A stretch of 64,000 nucleotides of DNA from Spirochaetia bacterium. GTDB taxonomy: Bacteria > Spirochaetota > Spirochaetia > SP-2023. The notes below the pieces were generated by a model. The model saw only the letters and a program-made list of their open reading frames with translations, was not told where the DNA came from and ran no database searches. Positions 40,366 to 49,903 of the stretch are shown here, piece after piece (position 1 is the stretch's first letter; each line of letters starts with the position of its first letter). The position numbers were made by a program, and so were the translations under genes. The stretch is taken from positions 544,001 through 608,000 of the forward strand of contig CBDDCK010000005.1 of assembly GCA_965225855.1 (NCBI GenBank), written 5' to 3'.

Positions 40366-42435
40366 ATGAATAAGCACAAACTACTTTTATGGCCTGTAGC
40401 ATTGCTACTGGCCTTTATGGCCTTGGCCTGCGCCCCACCCGATGACGATGCGCCATCTTCTGCGCCGTCTTCTGGGCCGACTATCAATAAGGCCATCTAC
40501 AATGTTGGCACGGCACTGTTAACCTTGCAAGGTTCTAACTTAAGTCCTACAACTGCGACCCAAGAGCAAATCCAAACTATCACGGTAGGAAGCCGAACAA
40601 ATGGCCTAGCCTTCAGTTCCTATACTGCAGATGACCCAGCTACTGGTGAAGATAGTAGCGATCTTGCAAAAGGTAAGTACCGTATTGCAAACGATGGCAC
40701 AGCGCTTTGGCTGAAACTTACCGATCAACATAAAGATGCTCTGAATGGCAAGGTGGGTAGCAATGGTCTAAAAAAAGGGTTGCTTAGCGTTGGCACTGGT
40801 GCTTGGACGGGTTTAAATACAGCCAAAGACTTGGTCGTTAAGTATATACCCGAACAAGCTGAACAAGCCGAACAAGCTGAACAAGCCGAACAAGCTGAAC
40901 AAGCCGAACAAGCTGAACAAGCCGAACAAGCTGAACAAGCCGAACAAGCTGAACAAGCCGAACAAGCTGAACAAGCCGAACAAGCTGAACAAGCCGAACA
41001 AGCTGAACAAGCCGAACAAGCTGAACAAGCCGAACAAGCTGAACAAGCCGAACAAGCTGAACAAGCCGAACAAGCTGAACAAGCCGAACAAGCTGAACAA
41101 GCCGAACAAGCTGAACAAGCCGAACAAGCTGAACAAGCCGAACAAGCTGAACAAGCCGAACAAGCTGAACAAGCCGAACAAGCTGAACAAGCCGAACAAG
41201 CTGAACAAGTCGAAGAGCAGTCGCCTAAGCAACCTCCTAAGCAACCTCCTAAGCAACCTAAAGACGAACAAGCTGAACAAGCTGAACAAGCCGAACAAGT
41301 CGAAGAGCAGTCGCCTAAAGCTGCAATTACCCGTGCAAGCTACCATGTTGGCACGGCGCTGTTAACCTTGCAAGGTTCTAACTTAAGTGCTACAACTGCG
41401 ACCCAAGCCCAAATCCAAACCATTACGGTAGATGGCTTAGCCTTAAGTTCCTATACTGCAGATGGCACAGCTACTGGGCCAGATAGTCGTGGTCTTCCAA
41501 AAGGTAAGTACCGCATTAAAAGCGATGGCACAGCACTTTGGCTGAAACTTACCGATCGACATAAAGCTACTCTTCAGGCTAAGACAGGTATGGATAGCAA
41601 TAGTCTAAAAGATGGGTTGCTCAGCGTTGGCACTGGTGCTTGGGCGGGTTTAGATACAGCCAAAGCCTTGGCCGTTAGTGGAAACCCACCCGCAATTACC
41701 AGTGCAAGCTACAATATTGCTACAGGCGTGGGCGTGTTAGTGATTACAGGTACTAATTTACCAAAAGCAGTTACAGGCTGGGACTTCACCAAATTGAGGT
41801 TTGTCGCAGGTAATGGTCGTACTAAGAGTCAACCATTAATACCGCACAAACCAAATTCAAATATAAACTTTGCCATAGGTTCTGCAGCAAGTGCAACAAG
41901 CTTAACGATTACTTTAAAGGGTACTGAAAAAACCAAAGTCGAGGCTATACTGGTTAAGAATGGTCAAAGTGATGATGCTGGTGCATACAACCTGGAAGCA
42001 GCAGCAGGATTTGCCGGTGGTAGCGCAGCAGACACAAGCAATAACCCGATTACCGTTAGTGGGTATGTAAGCTATATCACCAACGCATTCTACAATTCAC
42101 GTACAGGCGTGTTAAGTATTAGTGGTCAAAGTTTACCGGACTCAGTTGAAGACTGGGACTTTAGCAAATTGAGGTTTGTCGCAGGTGATGGTACTAAGAG
42201 TCTCCCATTAAAAAAGCACGCCACCGCAGGTGCAGACAAAGCCACAGGTTCTGGTGCAAGTAGAACAAGCTTAACGATTACTTTAGCCGGTACTGAAAAA
42301 GCCAAAGCCGATGCTATACTTGATACGGTTGGTCTTCAAGATGCTGATGGTTATTACAACCTGGAAGCAGCAGCAGGATTTGTAACTGGTAGTCCAGCAG
42401 ACACAAGCGATAACATTATTTTTGTTCGTAATTAG
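40366..42435 (+). CDS. Modular surface lipoprotein, paralog 3 (signal, A, (EQA)39 stalk, A, B, B)
   Basis: GGAGG RBS and ATG at 40366; ..AFMALA-C-APPDDD; shared modules. Confidence 0.9.
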   Translation: MNKHKLLLWPVALLLAFMALACAPPDDDAPSSAPSSGPTINKAIYNVGTALLTLQGSNLSPTTATQEQIQTITVGSRTNGLAFSSYTADDPATGEDSSDLAKGKYRIANDGTALWLKLTDQHKDALNGKVGSNGLKKGLLSVGTGAWTGLNTAKDLVVKYIPEQAEQAEQAEQAEQAEQAEQAEQAEQAEQAEQAEQAEQAEQAEQAEQAEQAEQAEQAEQAEQAEQAEQAEQAEQAEQAEQAEQAEQAEQAEQAEQAEQAEQAEQAEQAEQAEQAEQAEQVEEQSPKQPPKQPPKQPKDEQAEQAEQAEQVEEQSPKAAITRASYHVGTALLTLQGSNLSATTATQAQIQTITVDGLALSSYTADGTATGPDSRGLPKGKYRIKSDGTALWLKLTDRHKATLQAKTGMDSNSLKDGLLSVGTGAWAGLDTAKALAVSGNPPAITSASYNIATGVGVLVITGTNLPKAVTGWDFTKLRFVAGNGRTKSQPLIPHKPNSNINFAIGSAASATSLTITLKGTEKTKVEAILVKNGQSDDAGAYNLEAAAGFAGGSAADTSNNPITVSGYVSYITNAFYNSRTGVLSISGQSLPDSVEDWDFSKLRFVAGDGTKSLPLKKHATAGADKATGSGASRTSLTITLAGTEKAKADAILDTVGLQDADGYYNLEAAAGFVTGSPADTSDNIIFVRN
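40852..41202 (+). repeat. In-frame VNTR, 39 x 9 bp (alternating gaacaagct/gaacaagcc) encoding (EQA)39
   Basis: Perfect 18-bp higher-order period over 351 bp. Confidence 0.95.
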
Positions 42436-42494
42436 TTTGACTGCGCTTGCCCAATAGCTTTTAGAGCATAGGCTAAGTGAAAGCTAGCGGGCAG

Positions 42495-42538
42495 GCCAAC
42501 CAAGTAAATGCTGTAAGCAATGCTTGGTTGGCTTTTTT
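42495..42538 (+). terminator. Rho-independent terminator
   Basis: gccaaccaag...cttggttggc stem followed by T6. Confidence 0.75.
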
Positions 42539-42588
42539 GTTGGGTCGTTGTTAGGTAAAGGCTTGGCAACCCTAGCAAATAGGCTAAC

Positions 42589-43203
42589 TTATAAAAAATT
42601 TGGTTTTAGTAAAGAGCGTAACTTAGCACAGGCTAAGCTGCGATGAGACAATGTTTGCTTTTGTTTGGCCGATAATTCAGCTACAGTTTTGCCTGCCAAT
42701 TCAAGGTCAGGATAGAATGATTCAGCCAACTCAAATATAGGATCATAGCCGAAGGCATTTTCCTGCAAGCTCCGTGGTTGCATGGCAATACGGCCTTGTG
42801 CTATGGATTGAGCTGCATAGCATTCATTCACCGCTATAGGGCTTAGCAACACTAGACAACAGACGAAGCGCGCGCTGCGCATTTCCATATTTGGAAAGCT
42901 AGCCAGCTCTTGTAGCAATAGCGCATTGCGTTCTGATGCAAGCTTTAGCCCCCCGTAACGAGCACTAAAAATCCCGGGACGATTTTGTAAAGCAGCCACT
43001 TCTAAGCCAGAATCGTCTGCCAAAATCCAATTGCTAGGGTGTTCTTTTTGTACGGTTTGGGCTTTGAGCATGGCATTACCCAAATAGGTATTGGCATACT
43101 CTTCACAGTAAAATGCCGGTGCCGTGTGTAATGACCAATTTGATAGTAGCTCGTTAAATTCTTGGCATTTATGCTGATTTTGGCTAGCCAATATCACTTC
43201 CAT
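42589..43203 (-). CDS. rdgB: Non-canonical purine NTP pyrophosphatase (RdgB/HAM1)
   Basis: ASQNQHK, LADDSGLEV, PGIFSARY, FGYDPIF and SHR motifs. Confidence 0.93.
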   Translation of the reverse strand: MEVILASQNQHKCQEFNELLSNWSLHTAPAFYCEEYANTYLGNAMLKAQTVQKEHPSNWILADDSGLEVAALQNRPGIFSARYGGLKLASERNALLLQELASFPNMEMRSARFVCCLVLLSPIAVNECYAAQSIAQGRIAMQPRSLQENAFGYDPIFELAESFYPDLELAGKTVAELSAKQKQTLSHRSLACAKLRSLLKPNFL

Positions 43204-43276
43204 TTTTTACCCAAATCCAATCATCAAGCCAACAAAAATAGACAAATCCAAAATATACAAATAAGGGAGAACAAAA

Positions 43277-43382
43277 ACTCTGGGAAAGGGACATTAAATT
43301 CCTGAGCAAACAATCGACCGCTGCTTCCTTCCAGACCTGACGGGGTTGAACTGCCGCTCATAACCTAAGCCCTAACCAGAGC
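43277..43382 (-). ncRNA. ffs: Signal recognition particle RNA (4.5S)
   Basis: Minus strand carries GTCAGGTCTGGAAGGAAGCAGC (SRP domain IV) inside a long hairpin closed by gctctgg/ccagagt. Confidence 0.88.
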
Positions 43383-43443
43383 TTGAGCATACTATAATAA
43401 ATCTTTATTCTATGTCAATTGGTAGGATTTATATTTCCAGTTT

Positions 43444-43498
43444 GTTTTCAGAAGGCATATTGAAATACTTGAGGTTTTTCAATATGCCTTCTGAAAAC
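43444..43498. repeat. Perfect 22-bp inverted repeat with an 11-nt loop
   Basis: gttttcagaaggcatattgaaa / tttcaatatgccttctgaaaac. Confidence 0.85.
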
Positions 43499-43871
43499 TC
43501 TGATTGTTAGGGCATTTCCGCTAGTTTGGACTTACACCCATTCTTGATTCTAATTGTTAGCTATTAAAAGTTGATAATACAAGATAAATAGCTGAATATT
43601 GCTTGATATGAGAACAAGGAAATAGGTCGTCCTAGATGGTTGTTCTTATAACCAGCGTATAATATAGGGCAAGCGTAATAGGTTATAGCTACTTACAGTA
43701 ATAGCTGAAAAGCATTTGATGGTCTTGTATATTTACCTCTTCCTCTAATCTTGTCTCGACTCTTGAAAAAGAGAAAATGATTTTTTCTTTTTTAGAACAC
43801 AATATCTTGACATACTTTTAGTTTTCACTAATATGTTTTCCTAATAAATTCTATATGTTATAATTTTATTT

Positions 43872-43945
43872 GGAGGTGTGGTGAAGCTGGTTATCACGTC
43901 GCCCTGTCAAGGCGAAGGCCGCGGGTTCGAGCCCCGTCACTTCCG
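43872..43945 (+). tRNA. tRNA-Asp(GTC)
   Basis: GGAGGTG acceptor, TCGCC-CTGTCAA-GGCGA anticodon arm, GGTTCGAG T-loop. Confidence 0.95.
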
Positions 43946-43953
43946 TTTAAATA

Positions 43954-43980
43954 GAAGGCCGGTATTATCCGGTCTTTTTT
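43954..43980 (+). terminator. Rho-independent terminator after tRNA-Asp
   Basis: gaaggccgg-tattat-ccggtc followed by a T-run. Confidence 0.7.
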
Positions 43981-43994
43981 ATTGAACATTTTTG

Positions 43995-44023
43995 TTGACA
44001 GCTCTAAAATTTTTCGGTATTTT
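43995..44023 (+). promoter_or_regulatory. Putative sigma70 promoter of the tRNA cluster
   Basis: TTGACA, 17 bp, TATTTT. Confidence 0.55.
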
Positions 44024-44044
44024 GCGTTATCTTTAAAAATACAT

Positions 44045-44118
44045 GGTGAATGTAGTTCAGTTGGTAGAATGCCAGATTGTGGTTCTGGTTGTCGCGGGTT
44101 CGAGTCCCGTCATTCACC
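44045..44118 (+). tRNA. tRNA-His(GTG)
   Basis: 8-bp acceptor with G-1; CCAGA-TTGTGGT-TCTGG anticodon arm. Confidence 0.95.
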
Positions 44119-44126
44119 CGTGATAT

Positions 44127-44200
44127 GCGTCCATAGCTCAGCTGGATAGAGTGCCGGACTTCGAATCCGTAGGTCGCAGGTTCGAGTCCTGCTGGGCGCG
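44127..44200 (+). tRNA. tRNA-Arg(TCG)
   Basis: CGGA-CTTCGAA-TCCG anticodon arm; GCAGGTTCGAGTCCTGC T-arm. Confidence 0.94.
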
Positions 44201-44209
44201 TAAAATTGA

Positions 44210-44282
44210 GGGCCGTTAGCTCAGCTGGTAGAGCAGCAGACTCTTAATCTGCGGGTCAAAGGTTCGATCCCTTTACGGCTCA
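44210..44282 (+). tRNA. tRNA-Lys(CTT)
   Basis: GCAGA-CTCTTAA-TCTGC anticodon arm. Confidence 0.95.
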
Positions 44283-44292
44283 TTATACCCAC

Positions 44293-44373
44293 GCGAGAGT
44301 GGTGGAATTGGTAGACACGTCAGATTTAGGATCTGGTGCCTTTGGTGTAAGGGTTCGAGTCCCTTCTCTCGTA
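44293..44373 (+). tRNA. tRNA-Leu(TAG)
   Basis: TCAGA-TTTAGGA-TCTGG anticodon arm and a long variable arm. Confidence 0.94.
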
Positions 44374-44456
44374 ATTTTAAAAGCTCATATAGAGTTTAGC
44401 AGGTAGCAATCCAAGTCAGTTGCCCCATAAAATAAATAAAAGTAAACAAGGATTGT

Positions 44457-45941
44457 ATGGTGGTTGAACAATATGCAATAAAGGCTCTTGAAGGGGCAAA
44501 AGCACAAGTTACATTTCAAATTAGCGGTGATAATACGGCCAATGAATACCAAAAAGTGTTTAAAAAATATTCCAAAAGCATAGAGTTAAAAGGTTTCCGT
44601 AAAGGAAAAGTCCCTATTGATTTATTAGAGCGAAAATTTGGTAAAGAATTTCGTAGAGAAACTTTTCAGGAAATATTTAAATATTGTATCAATGAGATAT
44701 TGCCAAAATTAGAAACCAAGCCTTTGCCTTATAGTAATCCTTATCTTTGCAATCAAGATGGTAAAGAATTAGTCGACAACGAAGCTAATTCTTTAATTGT
44801 AAATCTCCAGCCGGGCAATCACTTAGAATTTGCTATAGGTTTTGATACGATGCCGGAAATTCCTTTGCCTAGCTTGGAAAATATCGTGTTAGAGAATTTT
44901 GAAGCGGAATTGTCTGAAGATGATGTAAACCAAGAGATTGAAAAATTGCGCAAGCAAAATGGCATAATGGTCGCTAAAAAAGATGAGCAAGGGAAAAAAG
45001 GGGATATATTATCTGTACGTTTTGCCTTACTTGAAGAAGGTAAGGCAGAGCTAGATGATAATAAAAAAGGTTTGGTTGCTATTGTGCGTATCGGAGAGCA
45101 AGATGTATATGGTTTCCACGATAAAATAAAACATATGAAAGAAGGAGAGAATCAGATTCTCTATGACCATAGTTTTTCTGATTCAGATGAAATGGATGCC
45201 GAATTGCGTGCTAAAAATGGCAATGTATGGATTGAAATAAGTAGTATCCGTTCAACGGAATTGCCCGATTTAGATGACGATTTTGCTCAAGATATAGATG
45301 AAAATTATAAAACTTTGGATGATTTGAGAAAAGCTATTCGCGATAAATTAGAGCATAGTCTTATTCATGCTGTAGAAAATTATTCTTTATTCCAAATTTA
45401 TCAGTCTTGGATTGAGCATTTAGAATTTGATATTCCCCAAGTAATGGTAGTGCAACAAACCCAAAGTATGTTAGAACATATAAAGAAAAATGTGGGTGGT
45501 AATGAGCAGGCTATGTTTATGTATTTAGGAATGCAGCACAATGGTGATGTGCGCAAAGGTATGCAAACTTTAGAAAAAGATGCTGTCCTTAAAATTTTTA
45601 TTAGTTTAGTGCGCGATAAGCTTTTGGCAAGCAAAGCTTGGGAAGCTAGCCATGATGATATCGATAATGAATTGGCCCACATGGCTCAACACCAAAGCAC
45701 TACTGTAGAAAGCATCAAAGATAAATATAGCGATCAGTGGTCTCAAGTTTGCGAGCATTTTGCCCAAATGGCATTGTCTTCACGATTGACTAGAGAAGTA
45801 ATAGCGGAAGCGAAAACGAATAGTAAAGCAGAATCTCCTTCATTGGTAAAATTTACGATTTCAGAATTGAATGAAAAGCTCAACATTCTGGAAAAAACTT
45901 GTCAGGAACTTGCTTACGAAAAATTTTCACCATTACAATAG
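44457..45941 (+). CDS. tig: Trigger factor
   Basis: Ribosome-binding motif GFRKGKVP and LPDLDDDFAQ; follows tRNA-Leu. Confidence 0.92.
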   Translation: MVVEQYAIKALEGAKAQVTFQISGDNTANEYQKVFKKYSKSIELKGFRKGKVPIDLLERKFGKEFRRETFQEIFKYCINEILPKLETKPLPYSNPYLCNQDGKELVDNEANSLIVNLQPGNHLEFAIGFDTMPEIPLPSLENIVLENFEAELSEDDVNQEIEKLRKQNGIMVAKKDEQGKKGDILSVRFALLEEGKAELDDNKKGLVAIVRIGEQDVYGFHDKIKHMKEGENQILYDHSFSDSDEMDAELRAKNGNVWIEISSIRSTELPDLDDDFAQDIDENYKTLDDLRKAIRDKLEHSLIHAVENYSLFQIYQSWIEHLEFDIPQVMVVQQTQSMLEHIKKNVGGNEQAMFMYLGMQHNGDVRKGMQTLEKDAVLKIFISLVRDKLLASKAWEASHDDIDNELAHMAQHQSTTVESIKDKYSDQWSQVCEHFAQMALSSRLTREVIAEAKTNSKAESPSLVKFTISELNEKLNILEKTCQELAYEKFSPLQ

Positions 45942-46002
45942 TTTATTGTAAATATGGGGCTAGATTCTATATTTTGATTGGACTTTACTTTATAGAAAAC
46001 AA

Positions 46003-47112
46003 ATGGCTCACATGATAGGCAAAAATTTCTCTCAAAACTCAAAAACGCTGATAGAGAATTATCAATTTGGAAATTTTCGCAGTCAATTGTTTTTGTATCC
46101 TCTGGCAGAAGTTACTGAAAATGCTGATTTTGTTGTGGCAGACTCCAATACAGCAAAGCTTTTCGATGTATCGCCAGATTTAATCTTATTGCCAGGAGAG
46201 TCTAATAAAACTTTAGCACAGCTAGAAATAATCATAGAGGCTTTCGTAGTAAAGAATTTAACTCGTAATTCAACCGTGTTGGCCTTTGGCGGTGGATTGT
46301 TGTGTGATCTAGTTGGTTTTGCTGTCGCAAGTTATATGCGTGGCTGTGGCTTAATACTGGTACCTACGACCTTATTGTCCATGGTGGATGCCGGATTAGG
46401 TGGTAAAACAGGTTGTAATTTCCAAAATTACAAAAATTTGGTCGGAGCTTTTTATCCTGCTCGTGAGGTGCGGCTTGTACCACAAGTACTCTCTAGTTTA
46501 CCTGTCCGCCATTTTCGTAGTGGCCTAGCCGAACTTTTAAAACATGCTTTAATCAGTGATACAGAGTTTTTATTGCTAAATTTACAGGAGCAGCAAAACA
46601 AACTACAGCCGCCAATCCTTAAAGCACAAACCAAAACTGCCGCATTAGAGTTAAGTACTTTGATCATTGAAGGAATACGGGTAAAAGGTCGTATAGTTGA
46701 ACGGGATTTATACGAAAAGGGAGAAAGAGCCTTTCTGAATCTGGGGCATACGTATGCTCATGCTTTGGAAAAAATTTCGGATTTTTCTTGTACACACGGT
46801 GAGGCTGTCGCATGGGGTATCAACCAAGCTCTACATTTAAGTGCAACTTTGAACTATTGTAGAGAAGATTACGCTATGGAAATCCGAAAAATGCTGGCGT
46901 CTATGGGTTTTATCTTGGAATTACGGGAACTATGCCCCCATTTATTTCAACAATCGAAAAATGCTGCTGTGGCAGAGATGTTGGTTGCTGCAATGGCACT
47001 CGATAAAAAACGACAACAATCTGGTATTTGTTTGGTATTGCAACGAGGCAGAGGTCAAACGTTTTTACAAGAATTACCAAGTAAATTGATTATAAAAAAC
47101 TTACAGTTGTGA
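46003..47112 (+). CDS. aroB: 3-dehydroquinate synthase
   Basis: GGGLLCDLVGF, PTTLLSMVDAGLGGKTG, KNLVGAF, LNLGHTYAHALE and HGEAV motifs. Confidence 0.95.
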   Translation: MAHMIGKNFSQNSKTLIENYQFGNFRSQLFLYPLAEVTENADFVVADSNTAKLFDVSPDLILLPGESNKTLAQLEIIIEAFVVKNLTRNSTVLAFGGGLLCDLVGFAVASYMRGCGLILVPTTLLSMVDAGLGGKTGCNFQNYKNLVGAFYPAREVRLVPQVLSSLPVRHFRSGLAELLKHALISDTEFLLLNLQEQQNKLQPPILKAQTKTAALELSTLIIEGIRVKGRIVERDLYEKGERAFLNLGHTYAHALEKISDFSCTHGEAVAWGINQALHLSATLNYCREDYAMEIRKMLASMGFILELRELCPHLFQQSKNAAVAEMLVAAMALDKKRQQSGICLVLQRGRGQTFLQELPSKLIIKNLQL

Positions 47113-48134
47113 CAAAAAACAGTTATTTATGGTTGCCATTTGAATATTATTTGCGAAAGAATTCTTGCCATAATAAAAATTATATTCTAAAAAATTCTAA
47201 ATTACATAATTTTTTATCTAGTGCCGAGTGGCAGCACCTTCATTTAAGTTCTATGTTGGTGTCTCAATGCCATGAATATGCAAGAAAGCAACATCAGTTT
47301 TCGGCAAATATAGTGGATTCAAACGCTTTTATATATAGTATAGGAAATTATTTAGGGGAAGAGATACAGGCATTTTTATTCTGGACGGAGGAAGAGCGAC
47401 TATTGTTTGACTGCAGAAAATTACGAGAAGAAAGCTGGAATTTTGATAAAAATATACTACCTGGTTTCATTTTGCAGGGATTAAAAAGATTGCTAAGTAA
47501 ATATAATACACGACAATTTATTGGCACATATAGACACTATCAATTTTTGTGTTCGCATTGCGAATGGACATTTCAACCACAACATTACTGGATTATGGTA
47601 CGTAAAAAAAATCAACAAAAATTACAAAGCCAATCGCTAGAACAGCAGTCTATGCCAATAGATAAAACTAACCTTTACAGTTTATCTCATGATCTAAAAT
47701 TGTTACGTTTAGAAACTAAGCATTTTCAGCAATTGTTGACGTTAGAGCTAGCTTATTATTCTGAAGAAATAACACAGAATAAAATATTAAATCCCCTTTT
47801 GAAACAGGTTTTAGAAAAGAATTGTGGTAAACGCCTAGAGCAATATTTACAATACGGTATTTTTGCAAAAAATGAGTTACTAGCTCGCGCAATGATCAAT
47901 CGTTATGGCCTAAATTATTGGCAAATAGGAGGCATTTATACTGTGCCTCGCTGGCGCAGACAAGGGCTAGCGAATATATTACTACATAAACTATGCCAAA
48001 CGATTGAAAAAGCGGGTCGCCAATCGATGCTATTTGTCCGTATAGAAAATAATGCCGCTATTAATTTGTATAGAAAAAACTCATTTGAGCAATTAGAACG
48101 GATGGTAATCGCTCAAAACACTACGGCGGAATAA
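47109..48134 (+). CDS. GNAT family N-acetyltransferase (C-terminal GNAT domain)
   Basis: IGGIYTVPRWRRQGLA and NNAAINLYRKNSF motifs. Confidence 0.85.
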   Translation: MTKNSYLWLPFEYYLRKNSCHNKNYILKNSKLHNFLSSAEWQHLHLSSMLVSQCHEYARKQHQFSANIVDSNAFIYSIGNYLGEEIQAFLFWTEEERLLFDCRKLREESWNFDKNILPGFILQGLKRLLSKYNTRQFIGTYRHYQFLCSHCEWTFQPQHYWIMVRKKNQQKLQSQSLEQQSMPIDKTNLYSLSHDLKLLRLETKHFQQLLTLELAYYSEEITQNKILNPLLKQVLEKNCGKRLEQYLQYGIFAKNELLARAMINRYGLNYWQIGGIYTVPRWRRQGLANILLHKLCQTIEKAGRQSMLFVRIENNAAINLYRKNSFEQLERMVIAQNTTAE

Positions 48135-48156
48135 AAAATTTCCACTTTCATTAACT

Positions 48157-48306
48157 CTATCTAATCATTCCTTTTACAGCAAAAAATAAAGCTACTGCAA
48201 TTCCTACAATTGCTAAAACTTTTAGTATTGCTACTAACAGTTTAAAAGCTAATATAGCAAAGCCTATACAAACTATGATAATTACAATGTTTATAAAATT
48301 TTCCAT
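48157..48306 (-). CDS. Small hydrophobic membrane protein (~49 aa)
   Basis: MENFINIVIIIVCIGFAILAFKLL...; its upstream region duplicates that of the gene starting at 49297. Confidence 0.6.
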   Translation of the reverse strand: MENFINIVIIIVCIGFAILAFKLLVAILKVLAIVGIAVALFFAVKGMIR

Positions 48307-48462
48307 TCTATTTTCTTTTTGAATAAATATGGTATGCTCCCGCATATTTTATTATATACAGGTAAGCATAGCATAATCCTATATATTTAGTTTATAATTA
48401 GAAATTTAGGGATTATAAAGCGATTGATAAAAATAAACATATACCCAAGATTATGCATCAAT

Positions 48463-48843
48463 CTAAGCTTCGTAAAACTTTTCTATGTGCTCTTGCACCC
48501 AAAGAGTTTCAGACCACTCTTTCAGCGAGTTTAAAGCCACTGTAACAACGCCTAAATCATCAAGCCAACCAATCATGGGGATTGCGTCGGGAATAATATC
48601 TAAAGGAAGAACGACATAGCCTAAAGCTGTAAGACAGAGGGCTTTTTCCTTAGTCGTAATACCAGGGGACTTCATAATATAGTATAAAGTTACAAATGGC
48701 CGAGTTGTTGCTTCTGGTAGTTTTTTGACAATTTTTAGAAATACATTCTCATCATACTTTTCAGCGTATTTATCTTGATTTTTTTCAAAATCATTTTGAG
48801 CCATAGCAATTTTCTTAGCGTGTTGGTTATCTATGGGTTTCAC
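48463..48843 (-). CDS. YkvA/DUF1232 family protein
   Basis: ALGYVVLPLDIIPDAIPMIGWLDD. Confidence 0.9.
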   Translation of the reverse strand: MKPIDNQHAKKIAMAQNDFEKNQDKYAEKYDENVFLKIVKKLPEATTRPFVTLYYIMKSPGITTKEKALCLTALGYVVLPLDIIPDAIPMIGWLDDLGVVTVALNSLKEWSETLWVQEHIEKFYEA

Positions 48844-48874
48844 AATAAGACTCCTTTTTTAGTGGTTTCTAATC

Positions 48875-49297
48875 TTAACTAACTTCCGTATCATTTTTTG
48901 TAGATTCTTCCCATTGTTGAAAGTCAGTAATATCTTTTTTTATCAACTTTAAACACAGGCTAACCATTGCTGCATCATCAAAATAACCAACAAGTGGTAT
49001 TTTATCTAAGATCAAATCAATTGGAGAAGCAAGATACAAAAATGAGACAGCAACCGAGACCATTGTTGAAATCGGCATATTTGTATAATCCTTATTAATA
49101 TAAGATTTTGTCAAACGCGATAGCACTTGAATATCGCCCCATAATTCTTTAAGTGCTTGAAGTGTATCTTGCTTTAATTTTCCCAACGGTTTAGCCATTT
49201 TTTTGCTAAACGGCTCTAAATCGCTAGGGTTTACATCTTCTGCTTCTTGTAGCTTTTGCTTTAGTGCTTTCTTTTGATCTTTTTCATGTTCAGACAT
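48875..49297 (-). CDS. YkvA/DUF1232 family protein
   Basis: FLYLASPIDLILDKIPLVGYFDD; AAGGAG RBS before ATG 49297. Confidence 0.88.
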   Translation of the reverse strand: MSEHEKDQKKALKQKLQEAEDVNPSDLEPFSKKMAKPLGKLKQDTLQALKELWGDIQVLSRLTKSYINKDYTNMPISTMVSVAVSFLYLASPIDLILDKIPLVGYFDDAAMVSLCLKLIKKDITDFQQWEESTKNDTEVS

Positions 49298-49533
49298 TCT
49301 ATTCTCCTTTTGGAATTTAAAATCTAAAAAAATACTATTTAAGTATTGCTTTAAGTAGAGCTTCATATTATGCTGCCCTCATATCTAATTTAATATGTAG
49401 ATAAGTATAGCATAATCCTAAAATTCAGGGAATATTATATGCAGATTTTTATGATATTCCTAATATATTTCATTTTAAAATTAGAGCTTTAGGAATTATG
49501 CACATCTTTTTTATATTATTGGTGAATTTGCCC

Positions 49534-49857
49534 ATGACTACAAACGATAGAAACAATGCCGATGAGCTACGGAAAATATTACAAAATAACATTAAAGCTC
49601 TGCGGAAACAAAGAGGTTTTTCACAACAAAAATTAGCTGAAACCTCTGGCTTAAGTCTTGCTTATATTGGTGGTATAGAAATTGCCATTAAATCTCCTTC
49701 ATTTGACAGCCTATGTGCTATTGCAAATGCGCTAGATGTTCAAGTTTATCAGTTATTTTTATCTCTTAACCATCAAGATGACAAACTGAAAGCTTTTTCC
49801 AAAGACATTGAAATTGAGTTTCAAGAGGTTTTGCAAAAGGTTCTCGAACGTTATTAA
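49534..49857 (+). CDS. XRE-family helix-turn-helix transcriptional regulator
   Basis: NIKALRKQRGFSQQKLAETSGLSLAYIGGIE..PSFDSL..IANALDV. Confidence 0.9.
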   Translation: MTTNDRNNADELRKILQNNIKALRKQRGFSQQKLAETSGLSLAYIGGIEIAIKSPSFDSLCAIANALDVQVYQLFLSLNHQDDKLKAFSKDIEIEFQEVLQKVLERY

Positions 49858-49903
49858 GAATAAAGATTTCGTATCTACAATTCTGGTTGCATTCTAAACA
49901 GCA

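Noticed and set aside
40813..41346. 177-aa minus-strand ORF (FGLFSL)n
   Set aside because: Antisense shadow of the (EQA)n repeat.
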